Positions 10,828 to 18,572 of a DNA stretch of 32,000 nucleotides are shown here, piece after piece. This DNA is from Massilicoli timonensis (lineage in GTDB: Bacteria > Bacillota_I > Bacilli_A > Erysipelotrichales > Erysipelotrichaceae). The position numbers and the translations under genes are program-made. Position 1 is the stretch's first letter. Each line of letters begins with the position of its first letter. The stretch covers positions 1,383,272 through 1,415,271 of the forward strand of contig NZ_LT963434.1 of assembly GCF_900199515.1 (NCBI RefSeq), read 5' to 3'. Below the pieces are notes generated by a model, which saw only the letters and a program-made list of their open reading frames with translations, did no database searches and was not told the DNA's origin.

Positions 10828-12183
10828 TTAAACCCCGAGTTTTCGTTCGATCTTATGAAGCGCCTGCTGGAAAGTATCTTTTTCCTTTAACATCTTCTTC
10901 ATTTTTTCATATGAGGACATGATGGTCGTATGATCACGTCCGCCAAATTCCATACCGATCTTTGCAAAAGGCATATTCAGATGCTTACGACAAAGATAAA
11001 TGGCAATATGGCGTGGATTTGCAATGGTTGCGGTCCTGCTTTTGCTTTCTATCTGTGATTTGGTAAGACCGTAAAATTCACAAACGACCTGCTTGATCTG
11101 TGCAGCTGTCAATTCACTTTCTACTTTGATTTGTGGATCATCTTTGAAAATTTCCGTTACAAATTCCAGGTCGATCACTTCCGGATTATATAAGATCGCT
11201 TTGAAAAATAATTCATTCAAAGAACCTTCCAATTTTCTCACATCGCTGGAAAAGCGAGTTGCAAGAAAATCAAGCACTTCTTCATTGATCATAATGTTAT
11301 CATTTTGACGACCTTCCATTTTTTTGCGCAGGATCGCCTTAGCTGTTTCAAATTCCGGAGATCCGATCGGTACGGAAAGTCCGCTGGAAAAGCGTGAAAT
11401 CAAACGATTTTCAATGCCTTTTAATTCAGTTGGATGAATATCGCTGGTAATGACGATCTGCTTATTTTCATTCATCAGTTTATTGTAGATATTGAAAAAT
11501 ATTTCCTGAGAAGTGCTTTGTTTCAGACGCTGAATATCATCAATCAGTAAAAAATCATAGGTCAAGATCTTATCTTTCAGTTCTTCTACAGTCTTGGTCG
11601 TCATAGCGTTGATCAGCAGCGTAACCAGATCTTCACTGTAAATATAAAGTACACGAAGCTCAGGATTGTTTTCATGAATGAAATTGCCGATCGCATGCAG
11701 AAGATGGGTCTTACCAAGTCCGGAATTACCGAAAATAAACAGAGGGTTATACTGTCCCGGATAGTAACATACTGCTCTTGCGGCCGCTTCCGCATCACGA
11801 TTGCTCTTACCGGTTACAAAATTGTCAAACGTATATTCTTCTTTTAATTTGGTATTAAAAAACTTGGAATCAAAGTCAGACAGATTATTTTTAGAAATCT
11901 TGATCGACTGATTGATCTCTGCCTGTAAAAAAATATGACATCCGACTTTTTTACCGATGATTTGTTCAAAAACAGTTGCGATTTCTTCGATAAAATTTGT
12001 TATGATCGTTTTATGTACCTTAGTGGTAACAACAATAGAAGCAAAATCATCGTCAATATCAAAAAGATAAGAGTTGCCAAACCAGTATTTGAATTCTTCA
12101 TCACGGAAATTCAAGATTTTTTTCAGATGATCTAAAACCTGTGTATAAATGTCATTTAATTGCCCTTCTGTATAATGCACCAT
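10828..12183 (-). CDS. dnaA: chromosomal replication initiator DnaA
   Basis: 451-aa ORF. AAA+ Walker A is GNSGLGKTHLLHA and Walker B is LLIDDIQ. The C-terminal DNA-binding helix region reads GGRDHTTIMSSYEKM. AGGAGG lies 7 nt upstream. Confidence 0.98.
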   Translation of the reverse strand: MVHYTEGQLNDIYTQVLDHLKKILNFRDEEFKYWFGNSYLFDIDDDFASIVVTTKVHKTIITNFIEEIATVFEQIIGKKVGCHIFLQAEINQSIKISKNNLSDFDSKFFNTKLKEEYTFDNFVTGKSNRDAEAAARAVCYYPGQYNPLFIFGNSGLGKTHLLHAIGNFIHENNPELRVLYIYSEDLVTLLINAMTTKTVEELKDKILTYDFLLIDDIQRLKQSTSQEIFFNIYNKLMNENKQIVITSDIHPTELKGIENRLISRFSSGLSVPIGSPEFETAKAILRKKMEGRQNDNIMINEEVLDFLATRFSSDVRKLEGSLNELFFKAILYNPEVIDLEFVTEIFKDDPQIKVESELTAAQIKQVVCEFYGLTKSQIESKSRTATIANPRHIAIYLCRKHLNMPFAKIGMEFGGRDHTTIMSSYEKMKKMLKEKDTFQQALHKIERKLGV

Positions 12184-12319
12184 AGATCATCCTCCTTGCT
12201 TATCTATTTTACTATAAATGCGCGAAATAATCTATGTAAATTTAATTTGGATAAAAATCCCTTCAGCAGAGAAAATAAAATGGGGAAAATAAATAGAGAT
12301 GATTTCGTAACTAAAATAG

Positions 12320-12718
12320 TTTTCCACAATAAAAATAGGAAAAAGAGGGCATAAATCAGTATTCTGGATAGATTTCCACCGATATCCACCGGCTAAGGAT
12401 GTGGATAAGTAACAGTGGAAAAGCGAAATGGTGGAAAAATGTGGAAAAGAAATGGATCATACAAGGATCTGCACATCCTGATTGCTGAAAAATACTATGA
12501 TAAAATCAGGCGAATCAACACTTTTCAACAGATATGACAATATGTGGAAAAGTATAGAAATTGTCAGTGGATTTTATCAATCTATACAGTGGAAAACAGA
12601 GTGGAATCGCGTATATGTGAAATAATTTGTTCATCATTTGTGAATAAACTATGTAAATTTATCAATTTTTATAGATAATATTATAAAAAATGTTGATAAT
12701 TCAGTAAAATGTGGAAAA
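12320..12718. other. oriC part 1: DnaA-box cluster upstream of dnaA
   Basis: One perfect box, TGTGGATAA, lies at 12400-12408. Four one-mismatch boxes are TTTTCCACA (12320-12328) and TGTGGAAAA at 12440-12448, 12543-12551 and 12710-12718. Several two-mismatch boxes are at 12372-12380, 12382-12390, 12414-12422, 12429-12437, 12588-12596 and 12600-12608. Confidence 0.9.
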
Positions 12719-13189
12719 ATCATCATTTTTATATAGCTTATTTATTATTATTTTTCACAAAGTGAAGTTATTTTAGATGTTATATTCATATTGCTATTCA
12801 CATTTGTAAAATTTTCAATTACTTTTGTTAATAAAAATTGTTCTTATTTCATTTATATTTCCTTCACAAATTTATGTTTGCTATGAAAATGATCATAATG
12901 GAAAAGCAGATCACTTATGAAATAATAAATATGTTTTAATGATCATACAGCTTCAAAGGCGTTTTTTATGTAATTTAATTGAAATCAATATCAAATATTC
13001 AGATAAGGTACTACTATTATATGAATCAATAAAATAAGATCATGTGAGATTTTTTCAAACAACTGGCGATTCTATCATTTTATGATTACAAAATAATGAT
13101 GAAAAACACATTCGAAAAATAAATTGATTACCTATTAAAATAAGATGGAAAAAAGATCTGGGAGCTTGTTCCTAAAAATGAAATAATAC
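12719..13189. other. AT-rich non-coding tract of the origin region
   Basis: About 470 nt with no ORF above noise. It is very AT-rich by eye and holds relaxed DnaA-box-like TTTTTCACA (12761-12769) and further TTCACA repeats. It lies between the box cluster and the rpmH promoter. Confidence 0.6.
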
Positions 13190-13218
13190 TTGACGAATAC
13201 CGCAAATTTATATATAAT
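13190..13218 (+). promoter_or_regulatory. sigma-A promoter of rpmH
   Basis: TTGACG (13190-13195), a 17-nt spacer, then consensus TATAAT (13213-13218). Confidence 0.7.
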
Positions 13219-13274
13219 CAAAAAGCAATGCTCAATTATGTATAAAAAATGAATAGAAGTGGAGGTGGCTCATT

Positions 13275-13409
13275 ATGAAAAGAACATATCAACCGAGCAA
13301 AAGAAAACACCAGAAAACTCACGGATTCAGGGCCAGAATGGCTACTGTTGGAGGACGCAAAGTCTTAGCGCGTCGTCGTAGTAAAGGTAGAAAAGTGTTA
13401 TCAGCATAA
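13275..13409 (+). CDS. rpmH: 50S ribosomal protein L34
   Basis: Below the ORF-track cutoff. My translation is [44 protein letters not shown], with a GGAGGTG RBS upstream. Confidence 0.97.
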   Translation: MKRTYQPSKRKHQKTHGFRARMATVGGRKVLARRRSKGRKVLSA

Positions 13410-13434
13410 AAATCACCTTCGGGTGATTTTTTTG
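13410..13434 (+). terminator. hairpin plus T-run between rpmH and rnpA (partial terminator)
   Basis: AAATCACC-TTCG-GGTGATTT (13410-13429) followed by TTTT, immediately after the rpmH stop. Confidence 0.6.
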
Positions 13435-13461
13435 TAAAAGATGAAGAAAGGGGTATCAGAC

Positions 13462-13794
13462 ATGAAAAAGCAGTTTCGTATCAAAAAGAGTGAAGAATTT
13501 GCTGAAATCATGGGTGCAAAGAAATTTTATACATGTCCTTCCTTTGTCATTTATGTAAAACCACGAAAAGAAGATCATGCAAGAGTAGGTATTTCAGTCG
13601 GTAAAAAGATCGGAAATGCGGTTGTACGCAATAAAGTGAAGCGCCAAGTACGGATGATATTGCATGAAATATTTGATTTTAACGGCAATTTTGACATGAT
13701 TTTATTGGTTCGGATAAAATATTTAGATGAAAATTACAATACCAATAAAAACTGCTTGGAAAAATTGCTTAAAAAAGTTAAAATAGATAAGTAA
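13462..13794 (+). CDS. rnpA: ribonuclease P protein component
   Basis: The ORF-track frame starts at 13441. I prefer ATG 13462 (MKKQFRIKKSEEF...) because a GAAAGGGG RBS precedes it. It has the basic RNR-type motif NAVVRNKVKRQVR and the conserved position after rpmH. Confidence 0.9.
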   Translation: MKKQFRIKKSEEFAEIMGAKKFYTCPSFVIYVKPRKEDHARVGISVGKKIGNAVVRNKVKRQVRMILHEIFDFNGNFDMILLVRIKYLDENYNTNKNCLEKLLKKVKIDK

Positions 13795-13817
13795 GTGATA
13801 GCGAGGAGAATGTATCA

Positions 13818-14696
13818 ATGAAAAACATTATGAAGGATAAGCGAAAATTATTGCTGTTATGTGTTTTGGTTTTAGTGGTATTGACCGCTTGTTCCAGTCC
13901 GCGCGGTGAGGATGGAAAAATTTTAGCAGAAAAAATCATCAGTTTGGATACACCGTTTACTTTAGATGGAAGCTGGTTTGACGGATTGATCGTATGGCCG
14001 ATTGCACAGTTGATCAATTTAGTGGCTTCTCATAGTGATGCCGGTATCGGTGTCATTGTCGCAACGCTGCTCATTCAGCTTTTGACTTCAGCATTTACGA
14101 TCAAATCACAAGTATCTTCTCAGAAGATGCAGATGATGCAGCCGGAGCTCAGTAAGATTCAAGCAAAATATGCCGGCAAGACCGATGAACAGTCAAGAAT
14201 GAGAATGGCACAGGAAATGCAGGCTCTATATTCCAAATATAAAGTCAATCCATTCAGTTCGATCTTGGTGATGTTTTTACAGTTTCCGATTATTTTAGGA
14301 ATGTATCAGGCAGTACAGCGTGCTGATACCGTCATCAACGGAAACTTTTTAGGTATCAATCTTTCTATCAATGCCATTGACGGTATTAAAGCATTTGATA
14401 TTGCATTCATCGTAATTTTTGCACTGATGGTTGTTTCTCAGTTTGTTTCAATGAAAATTCCGATGTGGCTGCAAGCGCGCAGAAAGAAGAGAATGCACAT
14501 CAAAGAAAAGAAATATGCACAGCCGGAAAACAATGGCGGCATGATGAAAAATATGAATACGATGATGTATGTCAGCATGGGAATGGTTGCGGTGTTCGCA
14601 CTGATGTGGCCATTGGGAATGTCATTCTACTGGATGGTTTCTTCCATTGCTCGTATCATTCAAAATTTCATTATTGATAAATTCTTTATTAAGTAA
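13818..14696 (+). CDS. yidC: membrane protein insertase YidC/SpoIIIJ family (lipoprotein)
   Basis: 292-aa ORF with a signal peptide and lipobox VLTAC, multiple TM segments and a basic C-terminal tail. Conserved position after rnpA. Confidence 0.9.
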   Translation: MKNIMKDKRKLLLLCVLVLVVLTACSSPRGEDGKILAEKIISLDTPFTLDGSWFDGLIVWPIAQLINLVASHSDAGIGVIVATLLIQLLTSAFTIKSQVSSQKMQMMQPELSKIQAKYAGKTDEQSRMRMAQEMQALYSKYKVNPFSSILVMFLQFPIILGMYQAVQRADTVINGNFLGINLSINAIDGIKAFDIAFIVIFALMVVSQFVSMKIPMWLQARRKKRMHIKEKKYAQPENNGGMMKNMNTMMYVSMGMVAVFALMWPLGMSFYWMVSSIARIIQNFIIDKFFIK

Positions 14697-14709
14697 CGGA
14701 GGTGTTTTC

Positions 14710-15315
14710 ATGAAAGAATATACAGGTAAGACTTTAGAAGAAGTCCTGCATCAGATTGCTGATGAAAAAGGTGTCAGTGCCGATGCGATCACTTATGAAT
14801 TAGTAGATGAGAAAAAAGGGTTTTTAGGAATCGGAAGTGAAGTGACAGTACGTGCATACTGTGAACCGGATATTCAAGAATTCATGAAAACATACTTAAC
14901 TGCTTATTTTAATAACATCGAAATGGATGTGGCGATCACGATCGAAAATGATGAAGGTTTTTATCGCATCAATCTGGATGCCGATAACAATGCGATCTTG
15001 ATCGGCAGAAACGGACAGACTTTACAGGCAATCAATACAGTGTTGAAAACTGCCGTTTCCAGTGAATTTAAGAAACGTATCGGAGTACTGATCGACATTA
15101 ACGGCTATAAAGAAGATAAATATGAAAAAGTATGTTCTTTAGCAAAACGGGTTGCCAGAACAGTACAGCGTACTAAAACTGATGCAGTATTAGATCCGAT
15201 GCCTGCCGATGAAAGAAAAGCCATTCACAACGCTTTATCAGATATGGAACATATCATGACCCAAAGTGAAGGAGAAGGCAATCAGCGTCGATTAAAAATT
15301 ATTTACGCAGAATAA
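14710..15315 (+). CDS. jag: Jag/KhpB-type RNA-binding protein (Jag-N, KH, R3H)
   Basis: The ORF-track frame starts at 14647, inside yidC. I prefer ATG 14710 (MKEYTGKTLEEV...), preceded by GGAGGTG. The KH-like segment reads ILIGRNGQTLQAIN and the R3H-like segment PMPADERKAIHNAL. Confidence 0.9.
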   Translation: MKEYTGKTLEEVLHQIADEKGVSADAITYELVDEKKGFLGIGSEVTVRAYCEPDIQEFMKTYLTAYFNNIEMDVAITIENDEGFYRINLDADNNAILIGRNGQTLQAINTVLKTAVSSEFKKRIGVLIDINGYKEDKYEKVCSLAKRVARTVQRTKTDAVLDPMPADERKAIHNALSDMEHIMTQSEGEGNQRRLKIIYAE

Positions 15316-15327
15316 AAGATAACAAAG

Positions 15328-15392
15328 AAGCTGTAACGAAACAGACAATTTCATAAAGAAATGAGATTGCGGGTGAAGTTACAGCTTTTTTT
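15328..15392 (+). terminator. long-stem intrinsic terminator after jag (copy A of a repeated module)
   Basis: Outer stem AAGCTGTAAC/GTTACAGCTT (15328-15337 / 15378-15387) followed by T-run 15388-15392. Homologous to 16069-16139. Confidence 0.75.
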
Positions 15393-15651
15393 CTATCTTA
15401 ATTTTATTCAGGTTATGTCATGCAATATAAAATGCAATAAGAAGGTAGGATAACTAAATGATGTATGATGTTTTAGATTGTCCATAGTTTTTTTTATCTT
15501 TTATGATAGATGATCCTATACAAATAATAATACATGATTTATATATTTTTTTTAAGTCTTTTTTATAATTTGTATTCATTTATAATTAAATTATAGAAAG
15601 GACAACATAATTGTTGTAATAGAAATAGTTGCACCAAGAGAGGAAAATAAA

Positions 15652-16056
15652 ATGAAAAAAATAATATTGATCTTGACTGTGTTTCTTCTGCTAATAGGCT
15701 GTCAAAAAAAGATGACTTCCAAACAAGTCGTAGAAAATTACTTCAACTATATCAATGAAAAAAATGAAGAAGGATTTAACAATTTATTCGCGGTTCCATT
15801 AAAACCAGAAGATACAGAAACATTGTTCAAAGGAATAAAAGAAATAAAAATAAGAGAAATAAACGTAGTAGAAAAAGACGAACATCTAATGGAAAAAGAG
15901 GAGAAAGAAGATGAAATCACATATTATGTAGACTTTGATCTGATTTATAATGAGAATAATGAAGGCATTACCTATAATGACGGCGGTGATACAAGAAACT
16001 TTTATTTGAAGAAAGTAAAAGGCGAGTGGAAAATCATATCTATTGGATTATTATAA
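15652..16056 (+). CDS. hypothetical lipoprotein
   Basis: 134-aa ORF. The signal peptide carries lipobox LLIGC (MKKIILILTVFLLLIGCQKK). An AGAGAGG RBS lies upstream. The gene is visibly more AT-rich than its neighbours. Confidence 0.7.
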   Translation: MKKIILILTVFLLLIGCQKKMTSKQVVENYFNYINEKNEEGFNNLFAVPLKPEDTETLFKGIKEIKIREINVVEKDEHLMEKEEKEDEITYYVDFDLIYNENNEGITYNDGGDTRNFYLKKVKGEWKIISIGLL

Positions 16057-16068
16057 ATGATAAAACAA

Positions 16069-16139
16069 GAAAGAGACTGTAAGAAACAAACAAGTTCATA
16101 AAGATGAAATTGTTATGAAGTTTTATAGCCTCTTTTTTA
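16069..16139 (+). terminator. terminator module copy B (after the lipoprotein gene)
   Basis: AAGAGACTGTAA...TTATAGCCTCTT is an imperfect long stem followed by TTTTTT. It is roughly three-quarters identical to 15313-15395 by my hand alignment. Confidence 0.6.
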
Positions 16140-16298
16140 TAAAAGCAGATCATTCATACAGAAACAGCATATAAAATGTGATACAATCAAGATAATTGAT
16201 AGAATTTATGTTTCCGCAACCTGAAATTGACAAAAAGAAACAGAAAATTGGTAGTGAGAAAAAGCGGCTTTTATTATAAATAAAGCGAGGTGATGAAA

Positions 16299-17267
16299 AT
16301 GAAATTTAGTGAGAAATTAAAACAATTAAGAAAAGACAAAGGAATGTCACAGGAAGATCTGGCATTTGAACTGAATGTATCAAGACAGGCAGTGTCAAAA
16401 TGGGAGAGCGATAATGCTTATCCGGAAACCGATAAACTGATTCAGATCGGTAAACTGTTTTCTGTTTCGATCGATTATTTGTTGAATGAAGAAACAGATC
16501 ATAATAAGAATGAAGAAATGTTCCCGCAACAATCATTTTATGAAGTCAGTATGGCAGAAATGAAAGATTATTTAACCTTCAAAAAGAAATTTGCGAAGAT
16601 GATCGGTATTGGCGTCATGCTATGTATCCTATCTTTATTGCCGCCTTTGATCAGTACAGAAATGAAGCAAATGCAAAGGATCGCAAATGATGAAATACTG
16701 CTAAAAGATGCGCTTGGTGCAGCCGGTATGTTTTTAATTGTAGCGGTAGGCGTCATTATATTTATCATATATGGAATTAAAAATGCCCAGTTTAATAAAA
16801 AATATGAACAAGAATTAACGATCAAAAAAGAAGATTATCGTTATTTGGAAACAGAGCATCAACAGTTCCATGATCACTTTATCATTGCTATGGCAAGTGG
16901 TGTATTTCTTTGTATCTTTGCATTGATTTCGGCTATTTTAATTGATGCAATCATAGAAAAAGATGTTTATACAGGCGGTTCTTTATTTATATTTGTTGCC
17001 ATTGCCGTATATATCTTCATTTATTTCGGATTACGAGAATCCTCTTACCAGTTCTTTTTAGAACATGAAAAATATCAAAAAGAGAAAGAAAAAGAAAAGA
17101 AAACAGAAGAAATGACCGATCGCTATTTTGAAATCGTTATGCCGATCGTTGGTGTTTTATACTGTGGCTTTGGTTTATGGACCGGTATCTGGCATCCATC
17201 TTGGATCGTTTTCCCACTTACGGCTGTAATCATACTGGCTTATGCAGCTATAAAAAATAAGCAATAG
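16299..17267 (+). CDS. XRE-family HTH regulator fused to a polytopic membrane domain
   Basis: The N-terminus MKFSEKLKQLRKDKGMSQEDLAFELNVSRQAVSKWESDNAYP is a Cro/C1-type HTH. About 6 hydrophobic segments follow. I prefer ATG 16299, 6 nt after GAGGTG; the ORF track begins at GTG 16290. Confidence 0.8.
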   Translation: MKFSEKLKQLRKDKGMSQEDLAFELNVSRQAVSKWESDNAYPETDKLIQIGKLFSVSIDYLLNEETDHNKNEEMFPQQSFYEVSMAEMKDYLTFKKKFAKMIGIGVMLCILSLLPPLISTEMKQMQRIANDEILLKDALGAAGMFLIVAVGVIIFIIYGIKNAQFNKKYEQELTIKKEDYRYLETEHQQFHDHFIIAMASGVFLCIFALISAILIDAIIEKDVYTGGSLFIFVAIAVYIFIYFGLRESSYQFFLEHEKYQKEKEKEKKTEEMTDRYFEIVMPIVGVLYCGFGLWTGIWHPSWIVFPLTAVIILAYAAIKNKQ

Positions 17268-17366
17268 AGAACAGACAAACCTTTCCTTCATAGCCATGCA
17301 ATAATCTGATTTGGCAATAAAAAAGATCAAAATGCTGAAAATGTTTCAAAAATTATTGAAAAACTA

Positions 17367-17395
17367 TTGAAAGTAAGAGATAAAAGTATTAGAAT
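17367..17395 (+). promoter_or_regulatory. sigma-A-type promoter of the aro leader/operon
   Basis: TTGAAA (17367-17372), a 17-nt spacer, then TAGAAT (17390-17395). Confidence 0.55.
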
Positions 17396-17416
17396 AAACG
17401 CATAGGAGTGATGACC

Positions 17417-17461
17417 ATGCAGAAATTCTCACAATTCTTTTACTTTTATTTTGAATCGTAG
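17417..17461 (+). CDS. putative aromatic-codon-rich leader peptide MQKFSQFFYFYFES
   Basis: AGGAG (17404-17408) lies 8 nt before ATG 17417. Of 14 codons, 7 are Phe/Tyr, six of them consecutive (17435-17452). The stop is TAG at 17459-17461. An in-frame ATG at 17411 is too close to the RBS. Confidence 0.6.
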   Translation: MQKFSQFFYFYFES

Positions 17462-17510
17462 TCGAGAAACCATAAATAGCATGGTTATTTTTGATTTTTC
17501 GATACAGACA

Positions 17511-17548
17511 AAGCACAAACGAGAAACAGAAGTTGTGCTTTTTTTATT
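17511..17548 (+). terminator. intrinsic terminator (attenuator) between the leader ORF and aroB
   Basis: Perfect 8-bp stem AAGCACAA/TTGTGCTT (17511-17518 / 17533-17540) followed by TTTTTATT. It ends 7 nt before the aroB RBS. Confidence 0.7.
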
Positions 17549-17565
17549 AGAAAAGGAGGATGCGT

Positions 17566-18561
17566 ATGAAAATACCGGTCATGATCCCAAATCATGAGTA
17601 TGATATTATATTAGAGCGAGGAGCGCTTGCCCACTTAGCAGATTATGTAAAAATACAGGGAAAGGTACTGCTGATCACTGATACAGGAGTACCGCAGGCG
17701 CATATCGAGCTTGTATCAGCACAGCTTGCGGATTGCGATTGCTATATCGTAGAACAGGGAGAAGGCAGCAAATCTTTTACGGTATTGCAAAAAATTTTGT
17801 CTTATATGCTTGCACATGATTTTCAGCGCAGCGATTGTGTGATTGCACTGGGAGGTGGTGTAGTCGGCGATTTAGCAGGTTTTGCCGCAAGTATTTACAT
17901 GCGCGGGATCCGCTTTATCAATTTTCCGACGACGACTTTGGCACAGATCGACAGCAGCATCGGCGGAAAGACCGCAATCAATTTAGATGGTGTGAAAAAT
18001 GTGATCGGTGCGTTTTATCAGCCCTCCTTGGTCATCATTGATCCGGAAGTATTAAAAACACTGGATCATCGACAGATCGTCAGCGGCTTGGCAGAGGCAT
18101 TAAAAGCAGGGTTGATTGCCGATGCAAAATTATTCGCTTTGTTTTCACGAGCAGATCCGATGGAAGAAATCGAAACGATCATTTATCGCTCTTTATTAGT
18201 TAAAAAGCATATCGTTGAACAAGATGAAAAAGAAACCGGGCTGCGAAAATTATTAAATTTCGGACATACGATCGGACATGGCATGGAAGCCTGTTATCTG
18301 GATTCCCTTTATCATGGTGAAGCGGTGGCGCTGGGTATGCTTTATTTTATTGAAAATGAAAGTTTGAAAGAACAAGTCATCAAGATTTATGAGAAACTGG
18401 GATTACCGTGTACATGTGATTATGAAAAAGAAGCGGTATTTACACATATCGCACATGATAAAAAAGCATCGGAGCATACGATTGACGTCGTAGTGGTAAG
18501 CGATGCAGGGAAAAGTCATATAGAAAAGATGTCTTTTGATGAGATCAAAGCCTGTTTATAG
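17566..18561 (+). CDS. aroB: 3-dehydroquinate synthase
   Basis: Motifs GGGVVGDLAGFAASIYMRGIRFINFPTTTLAQIDSSIGGKTAINL and LNFGHTIGHGME. I prefer ATG 17566, 6 nt after GGAGG; the ORF track begins at 17560, abutting the RBS. Confidence 0.93.
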   Translation: MKIPVMIPNHEYDIILERGALAHLADYVKIQGKVLLITDTGVPQAHIELVSAQLADCDCYIVEQGEGSKSFTVLQKILSYMLAHDFQRSDCVIALGGGVVGDLAGFAASIYMRGIRFINFPTTTLAQIDSSIGGKTAINLDGVKNVIGAFYQPSLVIIDPEVLKTLDHRQIVSGLAEALKAGLIADAKLFALFSRADPMEEIETIIYRSLLVKKHIVEQDEKETGLRKLLNFGHTIGHGMEACYLDSLYHGEAVALGMLYFIENESLKEQVIKIYEKLGLPCTCDYEKEAVFTHIAHDKKASEHTIDVVVVSDAGKSHIEKMSFDEIKACL

Positions 18562-18572
18562 GAGAATACAAT

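Noticed and set aside
12160-12389. 64-aa (+) and 61-aa (-) ORFs upstream of dnaA
   Set aside because: They overlap the DnaA-box cluster and dnaA promoter region. They have no RBS and an AT-rich low-complexity translation.
14647-14709. Upstream extension of jag; likewise aroA from 21710, tyrA from 22896, the MarR fusion from 31582 and rnpA from 13441
   Set aside because: These extensions overlap the preceding gene or promoter and lack RBSs. Internal ATGs with good SD spacing give N-termini typical of each family.
15742-15750. TTCAACTAT, identical to one arm of the MarR-promoter palindrome
   Set aside because: It is a single half-site inside the lipoprotein coding sequence with no inverted partner, so it is most likely chance.
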